From Octopus sinensis (lineage: Eukaryota), in the NCBI RefSeq assembly GCF_006345805.1, contig NW_021834894.1:1-62258 (forward strand): a stretch of 62,258 nucleotides of DNA, given 5' to 3'. How positions within the stretch are numbered: position 1 is the stretch's first letter; every line of letters begins with the position of its first letter. Under the pieces are notes generated by a model. The model did not search any database. It was given only the letters and a program-made list of their open reading frames with translations, and was not told the origin of the DNA. Shown here piece by piece: positions 12,223 to 26,619 of this stretch. The position numbers and the translations under genes were made by a program.

Positions 12223-13184
12223 CTCTTTAGGATATGAACTGGCCATATCCTGCCCAAAAATTCCACTTTGCTCTCTCTTCAAACCTGCCAAATCTGGCCT
12301 CTTACACCTACCCTATTATGTCATCTAAAGAGTAACAAATATAGATGCAGGAGTGGCTGTGTGGTAAATAGCTTACCAGCCACATGTAGTAAGTAGCATA
12401 CCAACCACTGGGTTCTGTGTTCAATCCCACTGTGTGGGACCTTCGGCAAGTGTCTTCTACTATAGGCTCAGGCCAACCAAAGCCATGTGAGTGGATTTGG
12501 TTGACAGAAACTGAAAGAAGTCTGTCGTATATATATGGAGGAGTACCCCTTCAGTCACGGATGAGTGTGGGATTGCACGTAGAAACTTACCCTCTGAGGC
12601 ACAAACCTGGGGAATGTTGTTTATGGAAGACCAGCATTGGCCCATGCATACCAGCCTCCCCTCTCCATGCCACCAGTGTTATCCTAGGGAAAGGCAAAGG
12701 CCGATACAGCTTGGCACCGGTGATGTCACAACTCATTTCTACAGCTGAGTGAACTAGAGAAACGTGAAATAAAATGTCTTGCTCAAGAACACAACACACA
12801 GCCCAGTCTGGGAATAGAACTCACAACCTCATGATCATAAGCTCAACGCTCTAAACACTGAGCCATGCACCTTCATATATGCATATGTTTGTCTGTGTTT
12901 CTCTCCCCACAATCGCCTGATAACCAATGTTGGTGTGTTTACATCCCTGTAACTTAGCAGTTCAGCAAAAGAGACTGATAGAATAGGTACTAGGCTTACT
13001 AAGAATAAGTCCTGGAGTCGATTTGTTCAACTAAAGGTGGTGCTCCAGCATGGCTGCTGTCAAATGACTGAAACAAATAGAAAACATAAATCATCAAAAT
13101 CTCAAATGTACACGATTGATTAATTGAAAAACAATGTGAATAAACAAGCTTTGCATTTGGTAGAATAATTTGAATGCTTAAGGG
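12223..13184. mobile_element. piggyBac-like MITE containing a family-A SINE (~12345-13085), which itself contains an oppositely oriented tRNA-SINE (~12540-12875)
   Basis: TTAA 12219-12222 and TTAA 13185-13188 flank CTCTTTAG...CTTAAGGG. The family-A halves resume on either side of the inner SINE, whose minus-strand head reads GGTGCATGGCTCAGTGTTTAGAGC...GAGTTCTATTCCC. Confidence 0.75.
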
Positions 13185-14892
13185 TTAATGCCCATGTTTC
13201 TGTATTTTCTTGGGTCTGTTCTACAGCTGGATGTCCTTCCTGTCAACAACACTCAACTGTTTCCAAATGAGGTAATAATTTCTCTATAGTCAGACATGTT
13301 TTTATAGAGAACTAGAAGGAACACCGCTTGTATAATGGGGATGTTCATTTACATCTATTGTTCCCTGTCAAGACACGGAGACCCAAGCACACTCATACCC
13401 TTGCACACATACACTGATCATTAAACAAAGGGTCATTTTCATAGCATTTTTGTTTGTCTTAATAACTGACGAGATGCTAGAGCAGATTTCTGCCCCGACA
13501 TCCAAATCTTGGAGTTTTATTATGGCAACCAAATAATTGTCACATATTATATTACAGATAAATTCTTCTATTAACATAATACCTAGGTCTCTTTCATTCT
13601 TTTCTTGTCTTACTATTAATATCATCATCATCATCATCATTTAGCATCCGTTTTCCATGCTAGCATGGGTTGGATGGTTTAACTGGGGTCTCTGAAGCCG
13701 GAAGGCTTCATCAGGCCCAGTCAGATTTGGCAGTGTTTCTACGGCTAGATGCCCTTCCTAACGCCAATATATATATATATATACATTTTCTATTCTTTCA
13801 TTTGTTTCGATCATTTGACTGCAGCCATGCTGGAGCACCACCTTTTTCGTCGACTAAGTCAACCACAAGACTTATTCTTTGTAAGCCTAGTACTTATTCT
13901 ATCAGTCTTGTTTGCCAAACTACTAAGTTATGTGGATGTAAACACACCAACATAGGTTTCAAGCGATGATGAGGAGGAGGACAAACACACACACACACAC
14001 ACACCACACACATATATATATATATATATATATACGATGGACTTCTTTCAGCTTCCATCTAGCAAATCCACTTTCAAGGCTTTGATTGGCCTTAGGCTAT
14101 AGTAGTAAACACTTGCCCAATGTGCTACGCAACGGGACTGAAGCTGGAACCATGTGGTTTGTAAGCAAGCTACTTAACACACAGCCACTCCTGCGTCTAT
14201 AGATATATCATCATATATCATATCTTCTTTTTTTTTCTACCCTTTAACGTCCACTTTCCATGCTGGCATGGGTTAGATGGTTTGACTGGGGACATGGCAA
14301 GACAGGAGGCTGCACCAGGCTCCAATCTGATCTGACAAGGTTTCTGCAGCTTGATGACTTTCCTAACGCCAACAAGTCCAAGAGTGTAGTAGGTGCTTTT
14401 TACATACTGGTCAACTCATAAGGCTTTTATTGGCCTGTGGCTATAGCAGATACTCTTGCTCAAGAAGCTATTGACTGGGACTGAACCTGGAACCATGTGG
14501 TTGGGAAGCAAGCTTCTTACCACACAGCCACTCCTGCAGCTATATATATACACACACACACGCACACACACATATACATATATTATCCATTTTTGCTAAT
14601 ATACCTATAACTGGTTCTGTGCTCACTTATAGCTTAGTTTTTGTAAACATGTATATATGTGTGTATGTGTATATATATACACATTTTGCTAATATACCTA
14701 TAACTGGTTCTGTGCTCACTTATAGCTTAGTTTTTGTAAACATGTATATATGTGTGCATGTATATATATATATGTGTATGTGCATGCATGTGTGTGTGTA
14801 TGTGCATGTATGTATGTATGTGTGTGTGTGTGTGACTCACATACACATGTATAAGCACATTTACGCAAACACACACTTGTATGTATGATGTA

Positions 14893-15075
14893 TTTGATGA
14901 CCCTTCAAAAATATAAAGGAATCTCCAAGTTTCGACAGCCAATTGCCATCATCTGACAATCTGCCATCCATTCTCCTAGAATACATGGCAGCTTCTTTCT
15001 GTTGGTTGCTCTCCTTTGGCACTAATACCACTGGACCACTCAACCTTAAATGTACCATATTAACCCTGCTCACTT
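14893..15075. repeat. Dispersed ~180-bp repeat (second copy ~20485-20655)
   Basis: Shared 'gacccttca.aaat..aaggaat.tc.aagtttcgacagccaattgcca.catctgacaatctgccat...ctcaaccttaaatgtac...ttaac.ctgctcac'. Confidence 0.85.
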
Positions 15076-15175
15076 CTATTGCAAACATTTCATTGCAATG
15101 TTTGCAATGTGTGTGTGTCTGAGAGTACATACCTATACACACACACACACACATGCGCACACAGATATATATACT

Positions 15176-15213
<38 letters not shown>

Positions 15214-15270
15214 TACATAGATATATATACACACACACATATATATATACATGTGTGTGTGTGCGAGTAC

Positions 15271-15317
<47 letters not shown>

Positions 15318-16160
15318 TATATACATATGAGTACATAGATATATGTGTGTGTGTGATAGAATACATATGTGTGTGTGTTTGTGCAAGGGTATATACATAT
15401 ATATATATATATATATATACATATGTGTGTGCGCATGTGTGAGAGGACATAGATATATATATATATTATATACACACACACATATACATGTGTGTGTGCA
15501 TGTATATACTGTGTGTATAAAAGTGGTACTTGTCAGTGTGTGTAATTATGAAGTCTGCGTCTCAATCATGTAGCCTCAACAGTGGTCACTATGCACAGTA
15601 CAACCTATGGTCAGTGTGTGCTCTGTGACTAAAATCCACTGGGTGGATGGGAAAATGTGCTGAAGCCCGTGAAAAGAATTATATGAGTGTGTTGTCATCA
15701 TTTAACATCCACTTTCCATGGCGGCATGGTTTGAACGGTTTGACATGGAGGTGGCTAGCAGGGAGCTGTCCAGAATCTAGCTGTCTGTTGTGTCATGGTT
15801 TCTATGGCTGGATGGTTTTCCTGATGCCAACCACTTAACTGAATATGCTGAATGTACTTCTTACGTGCCACAAGCACGGGTGCATTGCTGTAACACTGGC
15901 GTGCACATGCGTGTGTGTGTATGTGTATTCTTTTGTTCTTTTCACTGCTTTGGTCATTTTGTCACGACCATGCTGGAGCACTGCCTTTAGTCAAACGAAT
16001 CAATCCCAGAACTTATTCTTTGTAAGTGTTGTACTTATTCTATCGGTCACTTTTGCTGAACCGCTTAGGTAAGGGGATGTAAACATACAAACATCGGTTG
16101 TCAAATGATGGAGGTGAGGACAAACACAGAGACCCTAACGTATACATATATGTGTATGTG

Positions 16161-16191
<31 letters not shown>

Positions 16192-16202
16192 ATATATATA
16201 TC

Positions 16203-16575
16203 GTGGCACTCCGTCGGTTACAATGACGAGGGTTCCATTTGATCCAATGAATGGCACAACCTGCTTGCAAAATTAACATGCAACTGGCTGAGCACTCCAC
16301 AGACACATGTACCCTTAATGTAGTTTTTGGGGCGATTTAGTGTGACACAGAGTGCAACAAGTCTGACCCTTTGAAATACAAAAAACAGCAGAAACAGGAA
16401 GAAAGAAAGTTGTAGTGAAAGAGTACAGCAGGGTTTGCCATCACCCCCATGCCAGAGCCTCATGGAGCTTTAGGTGTTTTCGCTCAATAAACACAACGTT
16501 CAGTCTGGGAATTTAAACCGCGTTCCTATGACTGTGAGTCTGCTGCCCTCACCACTGGGCCATTGCACCTCTACA
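16203..16575 (-). mobile_element. tRNA-headed SINE of a further family
   Basis: The reverse complement begins AGGTGCAATGGCCCAGTGGTGAGGGCAGCAGACTC...GGTTTAAATTCCCAGACTG (A/B boxes at tRNA spacing). The left boundary is approximate. Confidence 0.65.
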
Positions 16576-17899
16576 CACACATCAGACATGCGCACATATA
16601 TTTATATATACACACACACACACAACGGGCTTCTTTTAGTTCCCTCTATGAAATCCTCTCACAAAGCTTTGGTCGACTCATGGCTATAGTAGAAGGATCT
16701 TGACCAAGGTGGCATGCTGTGGGACTGAACTCAGAACCATGAGGTTGGAAAGCACTCTTCTTACCATGCAGCCACACCTGTGCCTATATATATGATATAT
16801 ATATTTGTTTTTGAGAGAGAGAAAGAGCCTGGTCATGTGGTTAAGATGCTCTTTTTGCATCCACATTGTTATGGGTTCATATCAATTTTGGAAAATTAGG
16901 TGAGTTTATTTTTCTGTAGGCTTGACCCAACAGGGACCTTGTGATGGAAACCTGTGCTGGCGACAGGTAAAAGCACCCATTACACTCTCTAAGTGGTTAG
17001 CATTAGGAAGGACACCCAGCCATATAAACCATGCCAAATCAGACTGGAGTCTGGTACAGCCTTGCAGCTTGCCAGCCCTGGTCAAACTGTCCAACCCATG
17101 CTAGCATGAACAACAGACGTTAAATGATGATGATGATGGAACTTTGTGGAAGCCCATTGTTTATCTGTGTGTCCAAAAAGGAAGCAAAAATTCATGGAGA
17201 GCTTTTATATGATATCTTTGGAATAACTCTTTGATAGCAACCAATACTTTCATATGATTATTTCGACAGGAATTGAGAAACTATCATTAATTGTTCATAA
17301 GTCAAAAATTAAAGATTTTAAGAAAGTAAATTACGAAATGAAAAGGCAGCTTCAATAGGCATCATTGCAACCACGTTTTCAGTCTCATTGCAAGGTGAAT
17401 GTCCTATAGCTCCAGATGGACCACATCTTTGTGAGCAGACTTGGTAGATAGAAAGTGAAAGAAACCCATTGTGTGTGTTTGTGAATGTGTACTCGCCACA
17501 CTCAAACACATGACAGGCTTCTTGAAAGGGTTGCAGCATATTTGACCATTTTTCTTGATGCCTTCACCCAAATGAGATTTTAAATTCACAAGACTCACCA
17601 ATAATTTATCAATAAAGCCCATCTTTAATATCAATCCAGCAAGATTTAATAGTAATTACATAAAATGCCTGCTGATCAATTCTGTATTTTGTTAAAGTAT
17701 ATTGAAAATAATATTTTTAGCATATCAATTTTGGAAAATTGATTTCCTTACAATCAATCAGCTATCTGCTCCTTTCCCCATCCCCATGACTTATATTGAA
17801 TATTTTTATCATTTAAGGAATCTTAAACCTCTTGCTGTGTTTTGATTTTGTTTTAACAAACAATTAATTTCTCCCACTTATTCTTCCAACCATTTTCTG

Positions 17900-18300
17900 T
17901 ACCTACTATTCCAGGGAAGATTGTAGAGGTAGAGTCCTCAAGCTCCTCTTTGATAGGGTGCTGTCGGAAGTAACTATCATTATACTTTCCTGCTGGATTC
18001 TCAGTCTTGACCAGCTGAGATTATGGATGTTATTGGTCTAACCCTTGGTCTCATTTTTGGTCTGCCTCTTGGTCTCTTGCTGATTGTCTCATCTTGAAGA
18101 ATCTGTCTTGTAATCCTTTCCTGTTACATTCTAGTCAAATGAATTTTAAAAGCCCCCTCACTGAGCAGGTGGGAAGCATCCCTAGCTAGAGAAACTCATT
18201 GACCTTGAAGTCATGCAACTTGTTGAGTAATGTTATTCTAGAGATCTTTCATGGCTGAGTATTCCAATGACACTTGACGTCATCAAAATTCTCATTTAGT
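17900..18300 (-). mobile_element. Highly decayed RTE-clade LINE C-terminus
   Basis: The minus strand gives RQILQDETISKRPRGRPKMR... then NIHNLSWSRLRIQQESI..., matching the RTE RPRGRP..RW.D.I..L.WSRL pattern. Confidence 0.55.
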
Positions 18301-19199
18301 ATCAGTATGACACTGTGTTTGTGCTTATCAATTACAGTTATAATCCATCCACCACCACCACCACCATCATCATCGTTTAACGTCAACTTTCCAAGCTGAC
18401 ATGTGTTCAATGGTTAGACTGGAAACTGGTAAACTGAGGGGCTGCACTAGGTTCCAATTGGATTTGAACTAGATTTCTACAGCTGGATGCCCTTCTTAAT
18501 GCCAACCACTCTGAGAATGTAGTGGGTGCATTTTAAGTGACAACGGCATGAGTGCCATTGACCTGACACCAGAATCAGTCATGACTACAGTTACACTTGG
18601 CTTGATAGGACAACACAAGCATGGTATATCACCAAGGGTCTTTGTCACGTGTCACTGCCTCCATGAGATCCATGATTGAGTGGTGCTTTTTATGTGCTAC
18701 CTGCACAGGTGCCAGTCAGATGGTACTGGCATTGGCCACAACTACAACTATTTCTCTTACGAATTTCACAAGGGTGGGCTGACTCAAAAGTATAGACGTA
18801 AAAATTTGTTTCTTCTGGATGCTATGCTGTGGAATTGAAACCCTGCTCTCTTTGTTACAGAGCAAACATTTTTTATGTAAATTTGCTAATTCTATCAGTC
18901 TCTTTTGTTCAGCTGCTAATTTACAGGGACAAAAAATCCAATTGTCAAATGGTGGTGGGCTACAAAGACATACATACACACACATATGAATACAACAGGC
19001 TTCTTTCAGTTTCCATCAACCAGATCCATTTACGAGGCTTTGGTTCGCCTGAGGTTATAATAAGACACTTGCTGAAGGCACCACACAGAGGGACTGACTC
19101 CAGAACCATGTGGTTGGGGAGAAAGCTGATCTTTCTCTTTACATATACATGCATGTATAAATGTGTGTGTGTGTCTGTGTGTGTAAATATATATATCAT

Positions 19200-19800
19200 C
19201 ATCATCATCACCATCATCGTTTAGCGTCCGTTTTCCATGCTAGCATGGGTTGGACAGTTCTACTGGGGTCTGTGAAGCCAGAAGGCTTCATCAGGCCCAG
19301 TCAAATCTGGCAGTGTTTTTTACGGCTGGATGCCCTTCCTAACGCCAACCACTCCGTGAGTGTAGTGGGTGCTTTTTACGTGCCACCCGCACAGGCCAGA
19401 CAGAGCTGGCAAACGGCCACGAACGGATGGTGGTTTTTATGTGCCACCGGCACGAGGGCCAGGCAAGGCTGGCAACAGACACGAATGGATGGTGCTTTTT
19501 ACGTGCCATCGGCACGAGGCCAGTTGGGGCGGTGCTGGCAACGGTTGCAAAACGGAAGGTTCTCTTACATGCCACCGGCACTGGTAACACATCTGCAATT
19601 TCCATTGATCGATTTCGATTCTGATCCTCACTTGCCTCAACGGGTCTTCACAAGTAGAGTTTCGACATGCTACCGGCACTGGTAACACATCTGCAATTTC
19701 CATTGATCGATTTTGATTCTGATCCTCACTTGCCTCAACAGGTCTTCACAAGTAGAGTTTTGTGTCCCAAGAAGGGAGGTATGCATACGTAGGCTGGCTC
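19200..19800 (-). mobile_element. Family C retroposon: (ATG)n tail, GGTTGGCGTTAGGAAGGGCATCCAGC box, internal ~55-60-nt tandem subunits, ~80-nt internal duplication
   Basis: Direct reading. Shorter copies at ~13625-13765, ~14235-14405, ~15700-15870, ~16960-17137, ~18370-18720, ~21850-21945, ~27930-28017, ~30250-30720 and ~33120-33400. The (ATG)n tail resembles the RTE tail at 7322-7331. Confidence 0.8.
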
Positions 19801-20023
19801 CTTTTATTGTTTTATTTGTTTCAGTCATTTGACTGCAGCCATGCTGGAGCACCACCTTTAGTCGAATAAATTGACCCCAGGACTTATTCTTTGTATGCTT
19901 AGCACTTATTCTATCCGTCTCTTATGCCAAACCGCTAAGTTACGTGGACGTAATCACACCAACATCAATTTTCAAGCGATGGTGGGGAGACAAACACAGA
20001 CACACAAGCATATACATGCATAC

Positions 20024-20074
<51 letters not shown>

Positions 20075-21365
20075 CACACATATATATATATATATATACA
20101 CATATATATATATGTATATACGCATACACATATATGTATATAGATGATAGGCTTCTTTCAGTTTCTGTCTAACTAAATTCCCTCACAGGGTTTTATTCGG
20201 CCTGAAGCTATAGTAGAAGATACTTGCCCAAGGTGCCACGCAGTGGGACTGAACCCAGAACCATGTGGTTGGTAAGCGAACTACTCACCACACAGCCACT
20301 CCTGCACCTATATATATATAGTGACAATATATGACTACACAATCTCATGGAAATATGCATTTATGTACACATATGTTTATATTACTGTTTATGTGTGTAT
20401 GTATATATATGTATGTGTATTCATATCAACAAACACACATGTATACGCTTATAAAAATGTGTGTGTATGTGTGTATGTTATGTCTTTGACGACCCTTCAG
20501 AAATAAAAAGGAATTTCTAAGTTTCGACAGCCAATTGCCAACATCTGACAATCTGCCATTTATTCTTTATGTTTTTACGTGTTCTTCATTGGCATTTATT
20601 CTGCTGGACTGCTCAACCTTAAATGTACTGAATTAACTCTGCTCACATCCATTCACCTCTTCTTTCTCTTATCTTTTCCCTATGATTTATAAACAGTTGT
20701 TTGTACTACTGCATAAGAGCACAGGCTTGGTCGAATGTTTAAGACGTTTGCTTCATATTCCCAAGGTGTCTAGATCAATCCTACTACACAGCAGTACATC
20801 ATCAAGTGTCTTTTTACTTACTTACTCACTTAGGTTCATCCAAGTTGAACCAAGTTCAAGCGATGGTGTGGGACAAACACAGACACATATTATATATATA
20901 TATATCCGATAGGTTTCTTTCAGTTTCAATCTACCAGATCCACTCACAAGGCTTTTGTCGGTCCAAAGCTATAATAGAAAATACTTGCCTAAGGTGCTAT
21001 ACAGTGGGACTGAACCCAGAACCATGTGGTTGGTAAGCAAGCTACTTACGACACAGCCACACCTGCTCATATATATACACACACACACCGTTATTATTTA
21101 CAAGAACATGCACCTTCGTTTTGGGATCACCAGTATTTTATTATGTCCTCTTCTTCCTATCTCTCCTGTGTGACCCCATGATAGATCACTCGCCACTAAA
21201 CCTTTTTCTATTTTCTCTCCCTGTTTATTTCTATGTTCCTTTCTGTGGAAGTACGTAGGCTCAAACTGTAAAAGACTTTCTCACTTCCCGAGCGTTAAAC
21301 TAATACATCTGTTTGTTGTTTACACACCCGTTTTCATCTTTTGTTCTTTTGTAAATTCTCACTAT

Positions 21366-21397
<32 letters not shown>

Positions 21398-21784
21398 CAC
21401 TGCTATTATACAAAAGTGTCATAAGTCCAAAACGTTGCTTTTTCAGAAAACGAAAGAATAGTTTTTGTTTCACCATTCCATTTCTGTTGACATTAGCAAC
21501 AGTTTCAGCTTAACAATACTTTGTTGGGTGCATAAAATTGTAACTCTATGCATGTATGATATTTTCAGTCAGAAATGCTTTTGCAAAACTATCACATGTG
21601 GGACTCACTACACTTCTGAAAAATGCTAAACCGTTGTATTAAAACTTTGACAATTTTCATATCTTGGCAGCTGGAGATACTATGGTTTGACCAAAAGAAC
21701 CAGCTATTGTAAACAAAATCAAATATTGAAACAAAACGAATTTGACCAAATTTGGATATACAACAGCTTAACATAATAGCAATG

Positions 21785-21850
<66 letters not shown>

Positions 21851-21949
21851 CTGGCCTGGTGCAGCCTTCGGGCTCCCCGGACCCCAGTTGAAACGTCCAA
21901 CCCATGCTAGCATGGAAAACGGACGCTAAATGAATGATGATGATGATTA

Positions 21950-21953
21950 TATA

Positions 21954-21999
<46 letters not shown>

Positions 22000-22383
22000 A
22001 TATATATATAGTCTAATAATAGTCTAATAAGGGGCTATAAGCTCTCAACTGAAAAAAGTAAGCTTTCTCATGCGTACGGGAAACCCTATTTTTTCTGTTG
22101 AGGGCGTATATGCCATTATTATTAAACTGTTTCTTCATCATTTGCATGGTGATTGCTATAAGTTTTAAAGCTTATCAAAATATATTACGTTTATTATTTA
22201 CAGAATTGTAAATCTCAACACTTCTTAACAAAAATCATTCACACCAAAAAAAATGATATATATATTTTATATATTATATATATATATATATAAATATATA
22301 TCTATATAAATAAATAATAAATAATATATAAATAAAAAATATATATCTATATATATATATCGATATATATATATATAAAATAA

Positions 22384-22421
<38 letters not shown>

Positions 22422-22445
22422 AATCTAAATATATAATATATATAT

Positions 22446-22478
<33 letters not shown>

Positions 22479-22523
22479 ATAAATAAATATATATATATAT
22501 ATATATAATATATATAAAAAAAT

Positions 22524-22554
<31 letters not shown>

Positions 22555-23442
22555 ATATATATATATATAAATAATATATATATATAATATTATATATATA
22601 AATAAAAATATATATAGATAATAAAATATATATATATATAATATATAAATAAATATATATATATATATATGTATATATAAATAAATAAATAATATATATA
22701 TATAAATAAATATAAATAATTATAGATATAAATAAATAAATAAATATATATATATAAATAAATAAATAAATATATATATATAAATAAATATATATATATA
22801 TATAAAATAAAATAGATATATATATATATATAAATAAATATATATATATATATAAATAAATAATATATATATATAAATAATAAATATATATATATATAAA
22901 AAATAAATATATATATATATAAATAAATATATATTATATAATAAATATATATTATAAATAAATAAAATAATATATAAATAAATAAATATTATAGATATAT
23001 AAAATAAATAAATATATAATATAAATAAATAAATATATATAAATAAATATATATATATAAATAAAATAAATAATATATATAAATAAATAAATATATATAT
23101 ATAAAGAATAAATATATATATATATAAATAAATAACTTATATATATAAATAAATAAAAAATATATATATATAAATAACATATTATATATATATTAAATAA
23201 GTAAATATATATATATTATATATAAATAAGTAAATATATATATATATATATATAAATAAGTAAATATATATATTATATATATATAATATAATAAATATAT
23301 ATATATATATATATATATAAATAAGTTAAATAAATATATATATATATATATATATAAATAGGAAATATTATATATATATATATTATATATAAATAAGTAA
23401 ATATATATATATAATATATATTATAATATATATATAAATAAG

Positions 23443-23489
<47 letters not shown>

Positions 23490-23496
23490 GTAAAAT

Positions 23497-23539
<43 letters not shown>

Positions 23540-23570
23540 TATATATATATAAATAAGTAATATATATATA

Positions 23571-23622
<52 letters not shown>

Positions 23623-23627
23623 GTAAA

Positions 23628-23676
<49 letters not shown>

Positions 23677-23872
23677 TAAATAAGTAAATATATATATATA
23701 TATATATATATATAATAAGTATATATATTATATATAATATAAATAAGTAAATATATATATATATATAATAAGTAAAATAGATATATATATATTTATATAA
23801 ATAAACTAAATAATATATAATATATAAATATATATATAATATATATATATTAAATAAGTAAATATATATATC
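21950..23872. repeat. Near-pure AT array dominated by AAATAAAT(AT)n then AAATAAGTAAAT(AT)n units (non-repeat island at ~22020-22255)
   Basis: Direct reading. Confidence 0.9.
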
Positions 23873-25876
23873 CATCATCATCATCATTAGCGTCCGTTTC
23901 CATGCTAGCATGGGTTGGACGGTTCACTGGGGTCTGGGGAGCCCGAAGGCTGCACCAGGCCAGTCAGATCTGGCAGTGTTTCTACAGCTGGATGCCCTTC
24001 CTAACGCCAACCACTCCGAGAGTGTAGTGGGTGATTTTATGTGCCACCGACACAGGTGCCAGACGAGGCTGGCGAACGGCCACGCTCGGATGGGTTTTTA
24101 TGTGCCACCGACACAGGTGCAGACGAGGCTGGCAGACGGCCATGCTCGGATGGTGTTTTTATGTGCCACCGACACAGGTGCCAGATGAGGCTGGCGGACG
24201 GCCACGATCGGATGGTGTTGTTACGTCCCCAAAGCACGGAGGCCAGTCTATGCGGGTACTGGCTACGGCCACGTTCGGATGATTTTCTTGTGTGCCACGG
24301 CACTGGTACCAGAAAGATACAAATTCCATTGATGTTCATCTATTTTGATTTTTTTGATTTGATTTTCACTTGCCTCAACAGGTCTTCACAAGTGTCACAA
24401 GAAGGAAGGTATGCACAGGTGGAATGACTACGTCCCAGGTAGGGGCCACGGGTTATGGCCTGACTAGTCTTTGCCGGGTCTTCGGTTGTTGTTTTATGTG
24501 CCACCGCACAGGTGCCAGATGAGGCTGGCGAACGGCCACGATCGGATGGTGTTTGTTATGTGCCCACGTCACAGAGGCCAGTCGATGCGGTACTGGCTAC
24601 GGCCACGTTCGGATGGTTTCTTGTGTGCCAACGGTACTGGTACCACAAAGATACAAATTCCATTGATGTTCATCTATTTTGATTTGGTTTGATTTGATTT
24701 GATTTGATTTTCACTTGCCTCAACAGGTCTACACAAGTGTCACACACTTGCCTCAACAGGTCTTCACAAGTGTCATAAGTAGGTGTCACACACTTGCCTC
24801 AACAGGTCTTCACAAGTGTCATAAGTAGGAAGGTATGCATAGGTGGGACTGACTACGTCGCCGGGTCTTCGGATGGTGTTTTATGTGCCACCGACACAGG
24901 TTGCCAGATAGGGCGTGCGAACGGCCACGATCAGATGGTGTTTGTTGTGCCCACAGCACGGAGGCCAGTCGATGCGGTACTGGCTACGGCCACGTTCGGA
25001 TGGTTTTCTTGTGTGCCACCGGTACTGGAACCACAAAGATACAAATTCCATTGATGTTCATCTATTTTGATTTGGATTGATTTGATTTTCACTTGCCTCA
25101 ACAGGTCTTCACACAGTGTCACACACTTGCCTCAACAGGTCTTCACAAGTGTCACACACTTGCCTCTGCCTCAACAGGTCTTCACAAGTGTCACACACTT
25201 GCCTCAACAGGTCTTCACAAGTGTCATAAGAGGAAGGTATGCACAGGTGGACGACTACGTCGCGGGTCTTCAGATGGTGTCTTTATGTGCCACCGCACAG
25301 GTGCCAGATGAGGCTGGCGAACGGGCACGATCGGATGGTGTGTGTTGTGCCCACAGCACGGAGGCCAGTCGATGCGGTACTGGCTACGGCCACGTTTCGG
25401 ATGGTTTCTTGTGTGCCACCGGTACTGGAACCACAAAGATACAATTCCATTGATGTTCATCTATTTTGATTTGGTTTGATTTTGATTTCACTTGCCTCAC
25501 AGGTCTTCACAGTGTCAACACTTGCCTCAACAGGTCTCCACAAGTGTCACACACTTGCCTCTGCCTCAACAGGTCTTCACAAGTGTCACACACTTGCCCT
25601 CAACAGGTCTTCACAAGTGTCATAAGAGGGAAGTATGCACAGGTGGACTGACTACGTCGCCGGGTCTTCGGTGGTGTCTTTATGTGCCACCGACACAGGT
25701 GCCAGATGAGGCTGGCGAACGGCCAGGATCGGATGGTGTTTGTTGTGCCCACAGCACGGAGGCCAGTCGATGCGGTACTGGCTACGGCCACGTTTGGGTG
25801 GTTTTCTTGTGTGCCACCGGCACTGGTACCACAAAGAATACAATTCCACTGATGTTCACAATTCCACTGATGTCAC

Positions 25877-25880
<4 letters not shown>
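23873..25880 (-). repeat. Family C element whose 5' part is expanded into a higher-order tandem array of ~387-401-bp units with nested 33-bp subrepeats
   Basis: GGGTCTTC landmarks at 24476, 24863, 25264 and 25662. The subrepeat CACTTGCCTCAACAGGTCTTCACAAGTGTCACA is present 1, 3, 4 and 4 times in successive units. Confidence 0.9.
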
Positions 25881-25914
<34 letters not shown>

Positions 25915-25919
25915 AAAAG

Positions 25920-25958
<39 letters not shown>

Positions 25959-26092
25959 GTAAATATATATATATATATATATATATAATAGAAATAAGTA
26001 ACTATATATATATATTATATATATATTATATAAATAAGTAAATATATATATATATATATAGATATATATATATAATAAGTAATATATATATA

Positions 26093-26124
<32 letters not shown>

Positions 26125-26133
26125 ATAAATAAG

Positions 26134-26169
<36 letters not shown>

Positions 26170-26207
26170 GTAAATATACTATATATATTATATATATATA
26201 AATAAGG

Positions 26208-26240
<33 letters not shown>

Positions 26241-26417
26241 GTAAATATATATATATATATGATATATAAAAAGTAAAATAATATATATATATATATATAT
26301 ATAAATAAGTAAATATATTATATATATATATATATATAAATAAGTAAATATATATATAATATATATATATATAAATAAGTAAAAATATATATATATATAT
26401 ATATATATAAATAAGTA

Positions 26418-26469
<52 letters not shown>

Positions 26470-26472
26470 GTA

Positions 26473-26505
<33 letters not shown>

Positions 26506-26588
26506 GTAAATATAATATATAATATATATATATATATATAAATAAGTAAATATATATATAATATATATATATATATAAATAGTAAATA

Positions 26589-26619
<31 letters not shown>

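Noticed and set aside
13695-13720. Minus-strand CTGATGA-AGCC-TTCC-GGCT in family C copies (also ~19275-19297)
   Set aside because: Not followed by GAAA; other copies read GGCTGCACCAGGC at this position.
14588-14760. ~92-bp tandem duplication
   Set aside because: An ordinary local duplication between microsatellites, or an assembly slip; no further structure.
17269-17395. AG...GT-bounded segment as a coding exon
   Set aside because: Stops in all three frames; no homology.
21240-21276. CTGTGGAAGTACGTAGGCTCAAACTGTAAAAG as a decayed hammerhead
   Set aside because: Needs several substitutions in both core halves; single copy in the window.
24367-25625. Direct 33-bp repeats that superficially resemble a CRISPR array; minus strand CCTGTTGAG-GCAAGT-GAAA resembles a hammerhead
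   Set aside because: Eukaryotic context, no unique spacers and no cas genes. The core is CUGUUGA, with no stem II or stem I/III.
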